From: Bacteroidota bacterium
Lineage (GTDB): Bacteria > Bacteroidota > Bacteroidia > Bacteroidales > JAIOZK01
Direction: 5' to 3'
NCBI GenBank assembly: GCA_034521425.1
Contig: JAXHMP010000001.1
Span: forward strand, 1,929,737 to 1,993,736
DNA length: 64,000 nt
This document shows, piece by piece, positions 17,754 to 27,516 of this stretch (position 1 is its first letter; each line of letters starts with the position of its first letter). The position numbers were made by a program, and so were the translations under genes. The notes under the pieces are model-generated. The model was not told where the DNA came from. It saw only the letters and a program-made list of their open reading frames with translations, and did no database searches.

Positions 17754-18437
17754 TCATTGTTTGTTGTCGTAACGGGCGCTTGCTTTCAGGTTCACTGCTT
17801 TGGCACTCAGCAGGATCACGATCACAATGCTTCCGATGGCAAAAAGGATGAGCAAGCGGTAATCCTTTGTTATGAATGAGAATGCGTACAATCCGTGCAG
17901 GAAAGTGGCTGCAAAAAGGCCCGTCATGGAATCAATGAAGCGATTCTCGCGCGATTTGCCAAGCCCCACAAAGAATCCCATAATGATGGCGAACACAATA
18001 TTGGCAATGCTGAAAAGGAAGAGGTACATGGTATTCACACCGGCTCCGATGATGTTAAAGCCCAGCAGAACAGTGGCTGTTGTTGAAAAACCCACTGCAA
18101 TCAGCATACTGTATATAATACCATCCAGTGGGCCGGAAAACTTTTCCCTGGGAAGGAAGTAGTAGCGGAGGAAAATGAACTTTCCCAGCTCCGAAGCAAA
18201 GCCGATCACAACAAAAGTATAAAAGGCCGTTCGTTTCAGATTCCTGAGGCTGTCAAGCCCAAAAGCCTCTGCCAGAAATTGTGATGCCAGCACCAGCACT
18301 GCACTGATCAGGCCTATAATCACTGCCTGTATCATGTAACTATTGGTTTTTACCTGGAAACGGTAATTCATAAAAGCAATCAGTATGATGGCAATGACTG
18401 GGCTAATAAATAGCGACAAATAATTGATTCCCGACAT
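17754..18437 (-). CDS. polytopic membrane protein, possibly a PrsW-family intramembrane protease
   Basis: About 7 TM helices. GFASELGKFIF (ExxK-like) and FLHGLYAF (H-containing helix) loosely resemble PrsW motifs. Confidence 0.4.
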   Translation of the reverse strand: MSGINYLSLFISPVIAIILIAFMNYRFQVKTNSYMIQAVIIGLISAVLVLASQFLAEAFGLDSLRNLKRTAFYTFVVIGFASELGKFIFLRYYFLPREKFSGPLDGIIYSMLIAVGFSTTATVLLGFNIIGAGVNTMYLFLFSIANIVFAIIMGFFVGLGKSRENRFIDSMTGLFAATFLHGLYAFSFITKDYRLLILFAIGSIVIVILLSAKAVNLKASARYDNKQ

Positions 18438-18539
18438 AAGTTATGGTCTTGGTTAGAAAATCAAAAATAATATAATTGTTTGTAATTTTGCAACTTATTA
18501 TCCCAAAGTATTGTTAAAAATAAAATAAATAATTCAATT

Positions 18540-19478
18540 TTGGAAGGGATTGTAGTCAGGTCGACAGGAAGCTGGTTTAATGTCAGGGCAAATAACGGAA
18601 AGGTATACAACTGCCGGATCAGGGGAAATTTCCGCATCCGCGGGATCAAAACCACAAATCCGCTTGCCGTGGGAGACATCGTACTTTTCGACCTGCTGGA
18701 GGATGAAGAAGTAGGTTTGATCCGGGAGATCAAAGCCCGCAAGAATTATATTATCCGCAAATCCACCAAATTGTCCAAAATATCACACATCATTGCCGCC
18801 AATATCGACCAGGCATTTCTGGTAGCCACCCTGGCTTCACCACGCACCTCTACCGGTTTCCTCGATCGGTTTTTGGTAACGGCAGAAGCCTATCATATCC
18901 CGGCCGGGATTATCTTCAACAAAGTTGATATTTACCCGGAAAAACAACAAAAGCAACTTAAAAAACTTTTATCCGTTTATACGAATGCGGGTTATCCTTG
19001 CTATCAGGTTTCAGCAGTGCAAGGCAAAAATGTTGAAGCAGTAAAAAAAGCCCTGAAGGATAAAGTCAGCCTGTTTGCGGGTCATTCCGGAGTGGGCAAA
19101 TCCACCCTGCTGAACAGCATCGAACCCGGCCTGGACCTGAAAACGGGAGAGATATCAGCCATGCACCAGAAAGGCAAGCATATTACTACCTTTGCCGAAA
19201 TGCACGAGCTGGCCGATGGGGGTTTTGTGGTCGATACGCCAGGCATCAAGGAGTTCGGACTCCGTGATTTTGAAAAAGAAGAAGTGGCCGAACGCTTCCC
19301 CGAAATGCGCACCCTGATGCATGACTGCAAATTTCATAATTGCACCCACGTGCACGAACCGGGATGCGCAGTTAAAGAAGCCGTTAAGGAAGGCCGGATC
19401 AGTGATACCAGATATAATAATTATCTTGCCATCCTGAATGATGATTATTTTGACAAAAAAGAATGGGAACTCAGATAA
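18540..19478 (+). CDS. rsgA: ribosome small-subunit-dependent GTPase A
   Basis: Circularly permuted GTPase: NKVD...GHSGVGKSTLLN...DTPG, with the zinc finger CKFHNCTHVHEPGCAV. The start codon is TTG. Confidence 0.85.
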   Translation: MEGIVVRSTGSWFNVRANNGKVYNCRIRGNFRIRGIKTTNPLAVGDIVLFDLLEDEEVGLIREIKARKNYIIRKSTKLSKISHIIAANIDQAFLVATLASPRTSTGFLDRFLVTAEAYHIPAGIIFNKVDIYPEKQQKQLKKLLSVYTNAGYPCYQVSAVQGKNVEAVKKALKDKVSLFAGHSGVGKSTLLNSIEPGLDLKTGEISAMHQKGKHITTFAEMHELADGGFVVDTPGIKEFGLRDFEKEEVAERFPEMRTLMHDCKFHNCTHVHEPGCAVKEAVKEGRISDTRYNNYLAILNDDYFDKKEWELR

Positions 19479-19487
19479 GTTGAAGTT

Positions 19488-20150
19488 ATGATCGCAAAAC
19501 AATTGATATCAGATATAATCAGCCCCTTGTCATTGTCGGATACAGCTGCCATCGCGCTCAGTTGGATGGATGATTCCAGGGTAAGCCACCTGCCCATCGT
19601 GGAAAACAAGGAGTTTATCGGGCTCATTTCGGAACAGGAGATTTTTCAACTGAATGACTTCGATACCGAATTCTCAAAGCTCAACCTTGCACCAGAAAGG
19701 CCTTACATACTCGAGTATCAGCATATATTTGATGTATTCAAACTCATCTTTGAACATAAGATCACGGTACTGCCGGTACTTGACGACAACAAACATTATG
19801 TGGGAAGCATTACCTATCAGTGTCTGATCGAGCAGTTTGCCAGCATCACTTCCATTGATAATCCCGGAGGTGTGATCGTCCTTGAAATGAGCCTCAATGA
19901 TTATTCCGCCTCGGAGATCGCCCAGATCGTGGAATCGAACGATGCCAAGATCCTCAGCATGTTCGTTACATCGCACAGCGACAGCACCCGCCTGGAAGTT
20001 TCCCTCAAAATCAACAAGATAGAGATCGGCCCCATCATCCAGACCTTTAACCGTTACAATTACACGATCAAAGCCAGTTATATGGAAGATGAAGACCTGG
20101 ATGACCTGAGGGAACGCTTCGACTCATTCATGAAATACCTCAATATCTGA
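19488..20150 (+). CDS. CBS domain-pair protein
   Basis: Two CBS-like repeats (VSHLPIVENKEFIGLISEQEI and ITVLPVLDDNKHYVGSITYQCL). Confidence 0.65.
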   Translation: MIAKQLISDIISPLSLSDTAAIALSWMDDSRVSHLPIVENKEFIGLISEQEIFQLNDFDTEFSKLNLAPERPYILEYQHIFDVFKLIFEHKITVLPVLDDNKHYVGSITYQCLIEQFASITSIDNPGGVIVLEMSLNDYSASEIAQIVESNDAKILSMFVTSHSDSTRLEVSLKINKIEIGPIIQTFNRYNYTIKASYMEDEDLDDLRERFDSFMKYLNI

Positions 20151-20152
20151 TC

Positions 20153-20674
20153 ATGGGGAAAATCTTCAGGATCATACTGCTTTTTATACCATGGATACTC
20201 ATGCCGGGCATGCACGCCCAAACAATGAATACATCCGACTCCATTCCGGATGCCTCCCTGGATCAAAGCTTTATCATCAACAAGATCACGCTTCACGGCA
20301 ACAAGGTCACCAAAAACTTCATCATTTACCGTGAGATGGAATTCGGTGCCGGCGACAGCATCCGGGGAAACGAACTCAACACCAAACTCCGGAAAACCCG
20401 GGAAAACCTGCTGAACACTTCTCTTTTTAATTTTGTCACAATACGGCTGGATACGGTCGACATCAATCATTACGTAAAGCTCGATGTGAACATTGAACTG
20501 GTGGAAAGGTGGTATATCTGGCCCTTCCCCATTTTTGAGTTCGCCGATCGCAACTTCAATGCATGGCTGAAAACCAAAGACTTTTCGAAGGTAAATTACG
20601 GGGGTTATCTGGTATGGGACAATTTCAGGGGCCGGAAAGAAAAAGCTCACCCTGCTGGTGCGCATGGGTTATGA
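20153..20674 (+). CDS. Omp85-family (POTRA plus beta-barrel) protein, fragment 1 of 2
   Basis: Signal peptide, then a POTRA-like region INKITLHGNKVTKNFIIYREMEFGAGDSI. The frame breaks at the A5 run 20640-20644. Confidence 0.55.
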   Translation: MGKIFRIILLFIPWILMPGMHAQTMNTSDSIPDASLDQSFIINKITLHGNKVTKNFIIYREMEFGAGDSIRGNELNTKLRKTRENLLNTSLFNFVTIRLDTVDINHYVKLDVNIELVERWYIWPFPIFEFADRNFNAWLKTKDFSKVNYGGYLVWDNFRGRKEKAHPAGAHGL

Positions 20675-21596
20675 TGAGCGCTACCATCTTTTTTACGAAA
20701 AACCCTACATCAATAAAAAACAAACCCTGGGCATCGGATTCGGATTCCTGTATTCGCAAAGCCATGAGATCGCAGTCAGGACCATCAACGACACCCTCAA
20801 TTTTCTCAAACTGGAAAACAATTACCCCAGCCGGCAGTTCAAGGAATTCGCACAATTGATCCTGCGGCCCGATATTCACAACACCCATACTTTCCAGCTT
20901 GGTTTTGAACACTTCACTTTCCTTGATACCGTTTATAGAGTGAACCCTGATTATTCGGTAAGCAGCCAGCAGAAGGAAAATTACTTCAGCTTTTATTACA
21001 AATTCAAAAGCGACTTCCGGGATTTTGTCGCATATCCCCTGCACGGAACCTATTTTGATGTGATCATCAAAAAGCACGGGCTGGGCATTATGCCGCAGAA
21101 CAAAGTGGATGTGTTTACCCTGGAAAGCACCTTCCGGAAATACTGGGAGCTGGCCAACAGATGGTATTTTGCCTCGGTCCTCACGGCGCAGTTCGCCAAC
21201 GACAAGCCCATCCCCTATCATTTGAGGACCGGTCTGGGCTATGGGCGGCTGTTCGTGCGGGGCTATGAATATTATGTTGTTGACGGCTCCAGCTACGGGC
21301 TTTCCCGCTCCAATCTGAAATTCGCCCTGCTTCCCACCCGGGAGTTCAACATTGGATTGATTCCCATTGAACAGTTCAGCAAAATCCACTTTGCCATGTA
21401 TCTGAATGCATTCTGTGACATGGGCTTTGTTGAACAACGGAAAGAAACGCCCAATGCACTCCCCAACAGCCTTTTGGTTGGTTACGGGCTGGGGCTTGAC
21501 CTGGTAACTTATTATGATGTGGTTTTCAGGCTGGAAATATCAACCAACAGGATGAATGAAACCGGTTTTTTTATTCACTTCATGGCGCCCATATAA
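20658..21596 (+). CDS. Omp85-family protein, fragment 2 of 2 (beta-barrel)
   Basis: Removing one A at 20640-20644 gives ...NFRGRKEKLTLLVRMGYDERYHLFYEKPYI. The C-terminal region has alternating aromatic strands (LGLDLVTYYDVVFRLEIS...FFIHFMAPI). Confidence 0.55.
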   Translation: MRMGYDERYHLFYEKPYINKKQTLGIGFGFLYSQSHEIAVRTINDTLNFLKLENNYPSRQFKEFAQLILRPDIHNTHTFQLGFEHFTFLDTVYRVNPDYSVSSQQKENYFSFYYKFKSDFRDFVAYPLHGTYFDVIIKKHGLGIMPQNKVDVFTLESTFRKYWELANRWYFASVLTAQFANDKPIPYHLRTGLGYGRLFVRGYEYYVVDGSSYGLSRSNLKFALLPTREFNIGLIPIEQFSKIHFAMYLNAFCDMGFVEQRKETPNALPNSLLVGYGLGLDLVTYYDVVFRLEISTNRMNETGFFIHFMAPI

Positions 21597-21686
21597 GTTG
21601 CTACGATTAACTTAATTAATGTTAATTTTTCTCAAAACTAAGCCATTAATTTTGTAATCTTGTACTCAATTTTGAAAAATTCTGTG

Positions 21687-22565
21687 ATGAGGATCGCTTT
21701 ATTCGGAAAGTCAGTTTCAGAAGCCATCCAACCCCATATACAGCAGTTGATTGACAAGCTGGAATCGGTGGATGCGGAGATTTCTATCTACGCATCTTTT
21801 TATGAAAAGATCAAAGACCATGTCAGTTTCAAAAAGGATATCAGGCGATTTTCAGAACACAGGGAGTTGATAGGCAAAACGGATTTTATCTGTTCCATCG
21901 GTGGAGATGGCACCTTCCTTGATACACTTTACCAGGTTCAGGACTCCGGTATCCCGATCATTGGTGTAAACCTGGGCCGCCTCGGTTTTCTTTCAAGTGT
22001 GAGCCGCGACGAAATTGATTTTGCCATCAACTGCTTGCAGGAAGGAAAATTCCGCCTCGACCAGCGGACCCTGCTCGAGCTGGAAAAGCCAGGGCAGATG
22101 TTCGGGGATATCAATTATGCACTGAACGAACTAACCGTCAGCCGGAAAGACTCCACCTCCCTCATCCTGATCCACCTTTACATCGATGATAAGTTTCTGA
22201 ACTCATACTGGGCCGATGGCATCATCATTTCCACGCCTACCGGTTCCACTGCTTATTCGCTGAGTTGCGGCGGACCCATTATTACACCCGGCTCGGAGAA
22301 TTTCGTAATTACGCCGATTGCAACACACAATTTAACTGTCAGGCCTATCGTTATACGTGACGACAGCAAAATACGAATCAAGCTGGAAGGTAGGGACAAA
22401 GCCTATTTTGCGAGCCTCGACTCCCGCTCTGTGTCTATCGATGCCGATCAGGAATTATTGATTAAAAAGTGTGGCTTTAAAATAAATCTTGTTCAACTCG
22501 AAAACAAAACCTTCTTTACAACCATCAGGGATAAACTGAACTGGGGTTTGGATATAAGAAATTAA
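21687..22565 (+). CDS. nadK: NAD kinase
   Basis: GGDGTFL, NLGRLGFL, and TPTGSTAYSLSCGGPII. ATG 21687 (MRIALFGK) is preferred over the track TTG at 21660. Confidence 0.85.
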   Translation: MRIALFGKSVSEAIQPHIQQLIDKLESVDAEISIYASFYEKIKDHVSFKKDIRRFSEHRELIGKTDFICSIGGDGTFLDTLYQVQDSGIPIIGVNLGRLGFLSSVSRDEIDFAINCLQEGKFRLDQRTLLELEKPGQMFGDINYALNELTVSRKDSTSLILIHLYIDDKFLNSYWADGIIISTPTGSTAYSLSCGGPIITPGSENFVITPIATHNLTVRPIVIRDDSKIRIKLEGRDKAYFASLDSRSVSIDADQELLIKKCGFKINLVQLENKTFFTTIRDKLNWGLDIRN

Positions 22566-22576
22566 AATTGTACTCA

Positions 22577-23380
22577 ATGAAGAAGATCTTTTTTATAGCA
22601 ATCGTACTGATCGGTGGTTTCCAATTAACCGGAAAATCACAGGAAGTGGAAGTTGGCCTGTTCGGTGGCGGATCTTATTACCTGGGAGACATCAATCCCG
22701 GACTTCACTTCATGCAAAGCCAGATAGCTTACGGTATTTCAGCCCGGTATAATTTCAACCAGCGTCTTTCTGCCCGCCTCAGCGTTTACCGCGGCACCTT
22801 GCAGGGCGACGACGCAGTGATTAAATACCGTGAAGAACGCAACCTCAGCTTCGAATCCCCGGTCACCGATATCTCGGCAGTTTTCGAATTCAACTTTTTC
22901 AAATATTACACCGGGAGCAAAAGAAATTACGTTACCCCCTATATTTTTGGCGGCGTGTCCACTTTCTTTTTCAACCCAAAAGCCAATGGTGTCGAATTGA
23001 GTGAACTGGGCACAGAAGGGCAGAATGCCGGATTTGACGGACGCAGTCCGTATTCCAAAACAGCTTTTGCCATTCCCTTTGGTATCGGTTTAAAATACAG
23101 CCTGACGAACAAGATCGGGATTGGTTTTGAATGGATGATGCATAAAACATTTACGGATTATATCGATGATATCAGCACGACCTATTACCTGGTAGGGCAA
23201 ACGATCGATCCGGGCAACGAAGCGGAGGCATTGTCGGACCCGACCATGAGCTTCGATCCCTATCAGCAGCGCGGGGATCGGCAGACCAAAGACTGGTTTG
23301 CATTTTATGGTCTTTCCATCACCTACAAATTTAATTTATCCGGCAGAGCCCGCTGTCTTGATAACCAAAACTTTAATTGA
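22577..23380 (+). CDS. outer-membrane beta-barrel protein (DUF6089-like, conserved between nadK and uppS in Bacteroidota)
   Basis: Signal peptide MKKIFFIAIVLIGGFQLTGKSQ, alternating-strand composition, and a C-terminal ...YGLSITYKF. Confidence 0.5.
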   Translation: MKKIFFIAIVLIGGFQLTGKSQEVEVGLFGGGSYYLGDINPGLHFMQSQIAYGISARYNFNQRLSARLSVYRGTLQGDDAVIKYREERNLSFESPVTDISAVFEFNFFKYYTGSKRNYVTPYIFGGVSTFFFNPKANGVELSELGTEGQNAGFDGRSPYSKTAFAIPFGIGLKYSLTNKIGIGFEWMMHKTFTDYIDDISTTYYLVGQTIDPGNEAEALSDPTMSFDPYQQRGDRQTKDWFAFYGLSITYKFNLSGRARCLDNQNFN

Positions 23381-23391
23381 TCAGACCGAAG

Positions 23392-24138
23392 ATGGGTTTA
23401 GAAGAGAAAATAGACAAAAAGAAATTACCCAGGCATGTGGCCATCATCATGGATGGCAACGGACGGTGGGCTTTGAAGCAGGGCAAGAACAGGACCTTCG
23501 GCCACCAGAACGGCGTGGAGGCTGTGCGCCAGACTTCCGAAGCAGCGGCCGAACTGGGAGTTGAATATCTTACACTCTATGCTTTCTCTACAGAGAACTG
23601 GAACAGACCCAAAGAGGAGATCGATGCCCTGATGAAACTCCTGGTGAAAACCATCGATCAGGAAACCCCTACGCTGAACAAGAACAAGATCCGGCTCAAT
23701 GCCATTGGCAATTTAACCAGCCTTCCCGAGGACAGCTATCAACGACTGATGAGAGCGATCGACGACACAGCTGCCAACGACAGGATGACCCTCAACCTGG
23801 CCCTTAGTTACAGTGCCAGGTGGGAAATTACCGAAGCTTTAAAAAAAATTGCCGGCGAAGTAAAAGAAGGAAGGCTGGATGCAGACGATATTGACCAGGC
23901 ACTCATCAACCGGTACCTGAGCACGGCCGGTATGCCCGACCCCGAACTGCTGATCAGGACCAGCGGTGAATACAGGATCAGTAATTACCTGCTGTGGCAG
24001 ATCGCTTATGCAGAATTGTATTTTACCAGCGTACTCTGGCCGGATTTTAGGAAAGACGACCTGTATAAGGCCATTATCGATTACCAGTGCCGCGAGCGCA
24101 GGTTTGGAAAAATAAGTGAGCAATTGAATAAATGTTAA
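23392..24138 (+). CDS. uppS: undecaprenyl-diphosphate synthase (isoprenyl transferase)
   Basis: HVAIIMDGNGRWA, YAFSTENWNRP, and RTSGEYRISNYLLWQIAYAELYF. Confidence 0.9.
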   Translation: MGLEEKIDKKKLPRHVAIIMDGNGRWALKQGKNRTFGHQNGVEAVRQTSEAAAELGVEYLTLYAFSTENWNRPKEEIDALMKLLVKTIDQETPTLNKNKIRLNAIGNLTSLPEDSYQRLMRAIDDTAANDRMTLNLALSYSARWEITEALKKIAGEVKEGRLDADDIDQALINRYLSTAGMPDPELLIRTSGEYRISNYLLWQIAYAELYFTSVLWPDFRKDDLYKAIIDYQCRERRFGKISEQLNKC

Positions 24139-24144
24139 TACCGG

Positions 24145-24501
24145 ATGATATTGAATTACAGGAAGAAAAAACTGGGTGCTTTTGCGAAAATTGGTTTTGT
24201 TGTCGGGATGTTTTTCCTTCTCCTTTCCACCGCCACCTATTCTCAGGTTCAGCTGGGTGAGGATTTGATCGACATCGATTATTCGAACCCGCGGGATTAT
24301 GAAGTCGGGGGGATCACCGTAAGCGGGGTAAAATACCTGGATCCCAATGTACTCATCATGCTTTCAGGACTGAGCGTTGGCGATGAGATACAGATCCCGG
24401 GGAAGAGATCCCGAATGCTATCCGCAACCTCTGGAAACAAGGTCTTTTCGAAAATATCAATGTGTCAGTGGTTGGCCGGCGTGGCAACAGTGTTTTCCTG
24501 A
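24145..24501 (+). CDS. bamA: outer-membrane protein assembly factor BamA, fragment 1 of 3
   Basis: Signal/TM segment plus POTRA1 (YEVGGITVSGVKYLDPNVLIMLSGLSVGDEIQIPG). The homologous frame ends at CCCGGGG 24396-24402. Confidence 0.75.
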   Translation: MILNYRKKKLGAFAKIGFVVGMFFLLLSTATYSQVQLGEDLIDIDYSNPRDYEVGGITVSGVKYLDPNVLIMLSGLSVGDEIQIPGKRSRMLSATSGNKVFSKISMCQWLAGVATVFS

Positions 24502-24683
24502 ATATCGACCTGCAGGAAAGACCGCGGCTTACCCGCTTTTCCTTCGAGGGGATCCGGAAAAGTGAAGCAGACAATATCCGGGATGAGATCAAACTGACCA
24601 GCGGTGACGTAGTTACCAACAACCTCATCGTCAGGACACGGAGCATCATCAAAAAGCACTATAAAGCCAAAGGATACCTCTGA
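24462..24683 (+). CDS. bamA: BamA fragment 2 of 3
   Basis: The frame is open from 24384 and reads PGEEIPNAIRNLWKQGLFENINVSVVGRRGNSVFLNIDLQERPRLTRFSFEGI...KGYL. The stop is created by an extra T at 24681. Confidence 0.75.
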   Translation: MSVVGRRGNSVFLNIDLQERPRLTRFSFEGIRKSEADNIRDEIKLTSGDVVTNNLIVRTRSIIKKHYKAKGYL

Positions 24684-24690
24684 TACCGAG

Positions 24691-26808
24691 GTGGATATCA
24701 CCCAGATCATTGATACCACCCGGCCCAACAGCGTCCGCCTGAACATCGACATCGACAAAAAAAGCAAGGTCAAGATATATGCCATCAATATTTACGGAAA
24801 CAAACACCTGAGCGATGAAAAGGCCCGCTCCGCTTTCAAGAATACCAAAGAAAAAGGCGTCTTTAAACCCCTGAATAATATCGACGAACTGTTTATCGAT
24901 GTGATCAAGGCTTCCCTCCACCTCGATCTCAATGATGTACTCCTGGCTTTCCAGCACTGGTCGGCCGAAAACATCCGGTTGCGGATATTCAAGGCATCCA
25001 AGTACATTGCCACCGAATACAAAGAAGATAAGCTGAACCTGATCGACAAATACAATGAACTGGGCTACCGCGATGCACAGATCATCAGGGATTCCATTTA
25101 CAGGAGCGTTGACGGGAACATCAGCATCGACATATACGTGAATGAGGGCGAGCAGTATTATTTCAGGGATATTACCTGGGTGGGCAACACAAAATACACC
25201 GATGAGCAACTGAACCGCTTTCTGAAGATCGAGAAAGGAGATATATACAACCGCACCGTACTGGAAACCAACCTGAATTACAACCCGGCCGGCACCGATG
25301 TAAGCTCCCTCTATCTTGACGATGGATATCTCTTTTTTCAGGCCATTCCGGTAGAGGTTCAGGTGGAAAATGATTCCATCGACATACAGATCCGCATCCG
25401 GGAAGGGAAACAGGCCAGGATCAGCAAAGTAAGTTTAAGCGGGAACACCCGTACCAACGACCATGTGGTATACCGGGAGATCAGGACCCGCCCCGGAGAA
25501 CTTTTCAGCCGTTCCGAACTGATCCGTACACAGCGCGAGCTGGCACAGTTAAGATATTTCGACCCTGAATCCATCATGCCCAGTGTGAACCCGGATCCGG
25601 CAACCAGCACGGTAGATATTGAGTATTCGGTGGAAGAGACCTCCTCCGACCAGATCGAGCTATCTGGCGGATGGGGATATGGCAGGGTGATCGGAACCCT
25701 TGGCCTTTCTTTCAACAACTTCAGCCTGCGGAACTTCTTCAAGAAAGGCGCCTGGAGACCGGTACCCACAGGCGACGGACAAAAACTCAGCATCAGGCTG
25801 CAAACTTATGGAAAAGGATATTTCAGCTATTCAGCCTCATTTACGGAACCCTGGCTGGGTGGCAAGAAGCCCAATTCATTCAGTGTATCCTATTTCCATT
25901 CGCTTTATTCCAACGGACTTGCACGCGGTGATACCAACCGCTCTGAATTTATCATCAACGGCCTGACCTTCGGACTTGGGAAGAGGCTGCAGTGGCCGGA
26001 TGACTTTTTCACCCTTTACCAGGGGATCAACCTGCAGCGTTACACCCTGAACAATTACCGGACGATCTTTGCATTCGGATCGGGCGATGGCGACTTTAAC
26101 AATTTCAGCTACCGCATCACCCTGGCCAGGAATTCCATCAGCCAGCCGATCTATCCCAGGTACGGATCGGAAGTCTCCCTAAACCTGGAGATCACCCCGC
26201 CGTATTCGCTGTTCAGCAATAATGATTACAGCAGCATGACGGAAAGCGAAAAATTTAAATGGATAGAATACCACAAATGGAAATTCAAATCCTCCTGGTA
26301 TGTTGAGCTGGCTCCCAAGCTGGTACTCAGCACACGGACGCAGTTCGGCTTCCTGGGGCTCTTCAACCGCGAGATCGGGGTAACCCCCTTCGAACGCTTT
26401 TACCTGGGCGGCGACGGATTGTCGGGCTACAACAATCTCGACGGCCGCGAGATCATCGGTATGAGGGGTTACGGGAACGAAACCATTACCCCGGAGTATT
26501 ACGCCAACCAGAACATCGGAGGAACCATTTATTCAAAATACACCTTTGAATTGCGTTATCCCCTGTCGCTCAATCCGCAGGCTACAATTTATGCATCTGC
26601 ATTCCTGGAGGCCGGTAATGCCTGGCTGACGTTTGACGATTTTGATCCTTTTGATGTGAAAAGAGCTGCAGGATTAGGTTTGCGTGTATTTCTGCCCATG
26701 TTCGGCTTGCTCGGACTCGACTGGGGTTACGGATTTGATGATATTCCCGGAATCCCCGGAGCAAATGGAGGACAGTTCCACTTTTCCATCAACCAGTCGA
26801 TCGATTAA
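24691..26808 (+). CDS. bamA: BamA fragment 3 of 3 (POTRA2-5 plus beta-barrel)
   Basis: POTRA repeats (ISKVSLSGNTRTNDHVVYREIRTRPGELF) and barrel motifs (RFYLGGDGLSGYN, GLGLRVFLPMFGLLGLDWGYGF). Confidence 0.85.
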   Translation: MDITQIIDTTRPNSVRLNIDIDKKSKVKIYAINIYGNKHLSDEKARSAFKNTKEKGVFKPLNNIDELFIDVIKASLHLDLNDVLLAFQHWSAENIRLRIFKASKYIATEYKEDKLNLIDKYNELGYRDAQIIRDSIYRSVDGNISIDIYVNEGEQYYFRDITWVGNTKYTDEQLNRFLKIEKGDIYNRTVLETNLNYNPAGTDVSSLYLDDGYLFFQAIPVEVQVENDSIDIQIRIREGKQARISKVSLSGNTRTNDHVVYREIRTRPGELFSRSELIRTQRELAQLRYFDPESIMPSVNPDPATSTVDIEYSVEETSSDQIELSGGWGYGRVIGTLGLSFNNFSLRNFFKKGAWRPVPTGDGQKLSIRLQTYGKGYFSYSASFTEPWLGGKKPNSFSVSYFHSLYSNGLARGDTNRSEFIINGLTFGLGKRLQWPDDFFTLYQGINLQRYTLNNYRTIFAFGSGDGDFNNFSYRITLARNSISQPIYPRYGSEVSLNLEITPPYSLFSNNDYSSMTESEKFKWIEYHKWKFKSSWYVELAPKLVLSTRTQFGFLGLFNREIGVTPFERFYLGGDGLSGYNNLDGREIIGMRGYGNETITPEYYANQNIGGTIYSKYTFELRYPLSLNPQATIYASAFLEAGNAWLTFDDFDPFDVKRAAGLGLRVFLPMFGLLGLDWGYGFDDIPGIPGANGGQFHFSINQSID

Positions 26809-26858
26809 TTTTATGGCAGGTTTTTTGCTTTTGAAGAAAAAAAACGGAGGAAACAAAT

Positions 26859-27401
26859 ATGAAAAAAATTGTATTGATCATAACAGCAATGGTGCTTTCG
26901 ACTGCTTTTGCAGTGGCTCAGAAATACGCTTATGTGGACACGGATTATATCCTGAGCAACATACCCGAATACAAGGATGCCCAGACCATCCTTGATGATC
27001 TTTCGCTGAAGTGGCAGAAAGAGATCGAAGACAAACTGGCAGAAGTGGATGCCCTTTACAATGAGTACCAGTCGGAGGCTGTTCTGCTCCCCGAAGATAT
27101 CAAGCGGAAAAGAGAAGAAGAGATCATCCGGAAGGAAAAGGAAGTAAAGGAATTGCAGAAAAAGTATTTTGGAAAGGAAGGCGAGTTGTTCAAAAAAAGG
27201 AAAGAACTCGTTGAACCGATTCAGGAAAAAGTATACAATGCCATAGAAACCATCTCAACCACTGAGAACTATGCCTTTGTATTCGACAAAGCCGGCAGTG
27301 TATCGATTTTGTTTGCCAATCCCAAGTACGACATCAGCGATGATGTGCTGGATGAGGTGGGCACTGTTATGCAAACCGTTCGGCGCGGCGAAAGGAAATA
27401 A
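26859..27401 (+). CDS. OmpH/Skp-family periplasmic chaperone
   Basis: Signal peptide, YAYVDTDYILSNIPEYKDA, a long charged coiled-coil, and a position directly after bamA. Confidence 0.8.
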   Translation: MKKIVLIITAMVLSTAFAVAQKYAYVDTDYILSNIPEYKDAQTILDDLSLKWQKEIEDKLAEVDALYNEYQSEAVLLPEDIKRKREEEIIRKEKEVKELQKKYFGKEGELFKKRKELVEPIQEKVYNAIETISTTENYAFVFDKAGSVSILFANPKYDISDDVLDEVGTVMQTVRRGERK

Positions 27402-27516
27402 GGCAGTAAAGGGATAGATTTATTTTTTAATTTTTCCCTCTTCTATTGACTTAGTTCTGATTTATTTAATAAATTTGCCGCTCAGTTAAATAAATGAAAA
27501 CCATTAATATTTGAAG

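Noticed and set aside
21660-22578. Identical 11-mer TTGTACTCAAT just upstream of both nadK (21660-21670) and the DUF6089 gene (22568-22578), considered as a shared regulatory motif.
   Set aside because: In 64 kb, hundreds of repeated 11-mers are expected by chance (about N^2/2 / 4^11). No palindromic structure or third copy supports a function.
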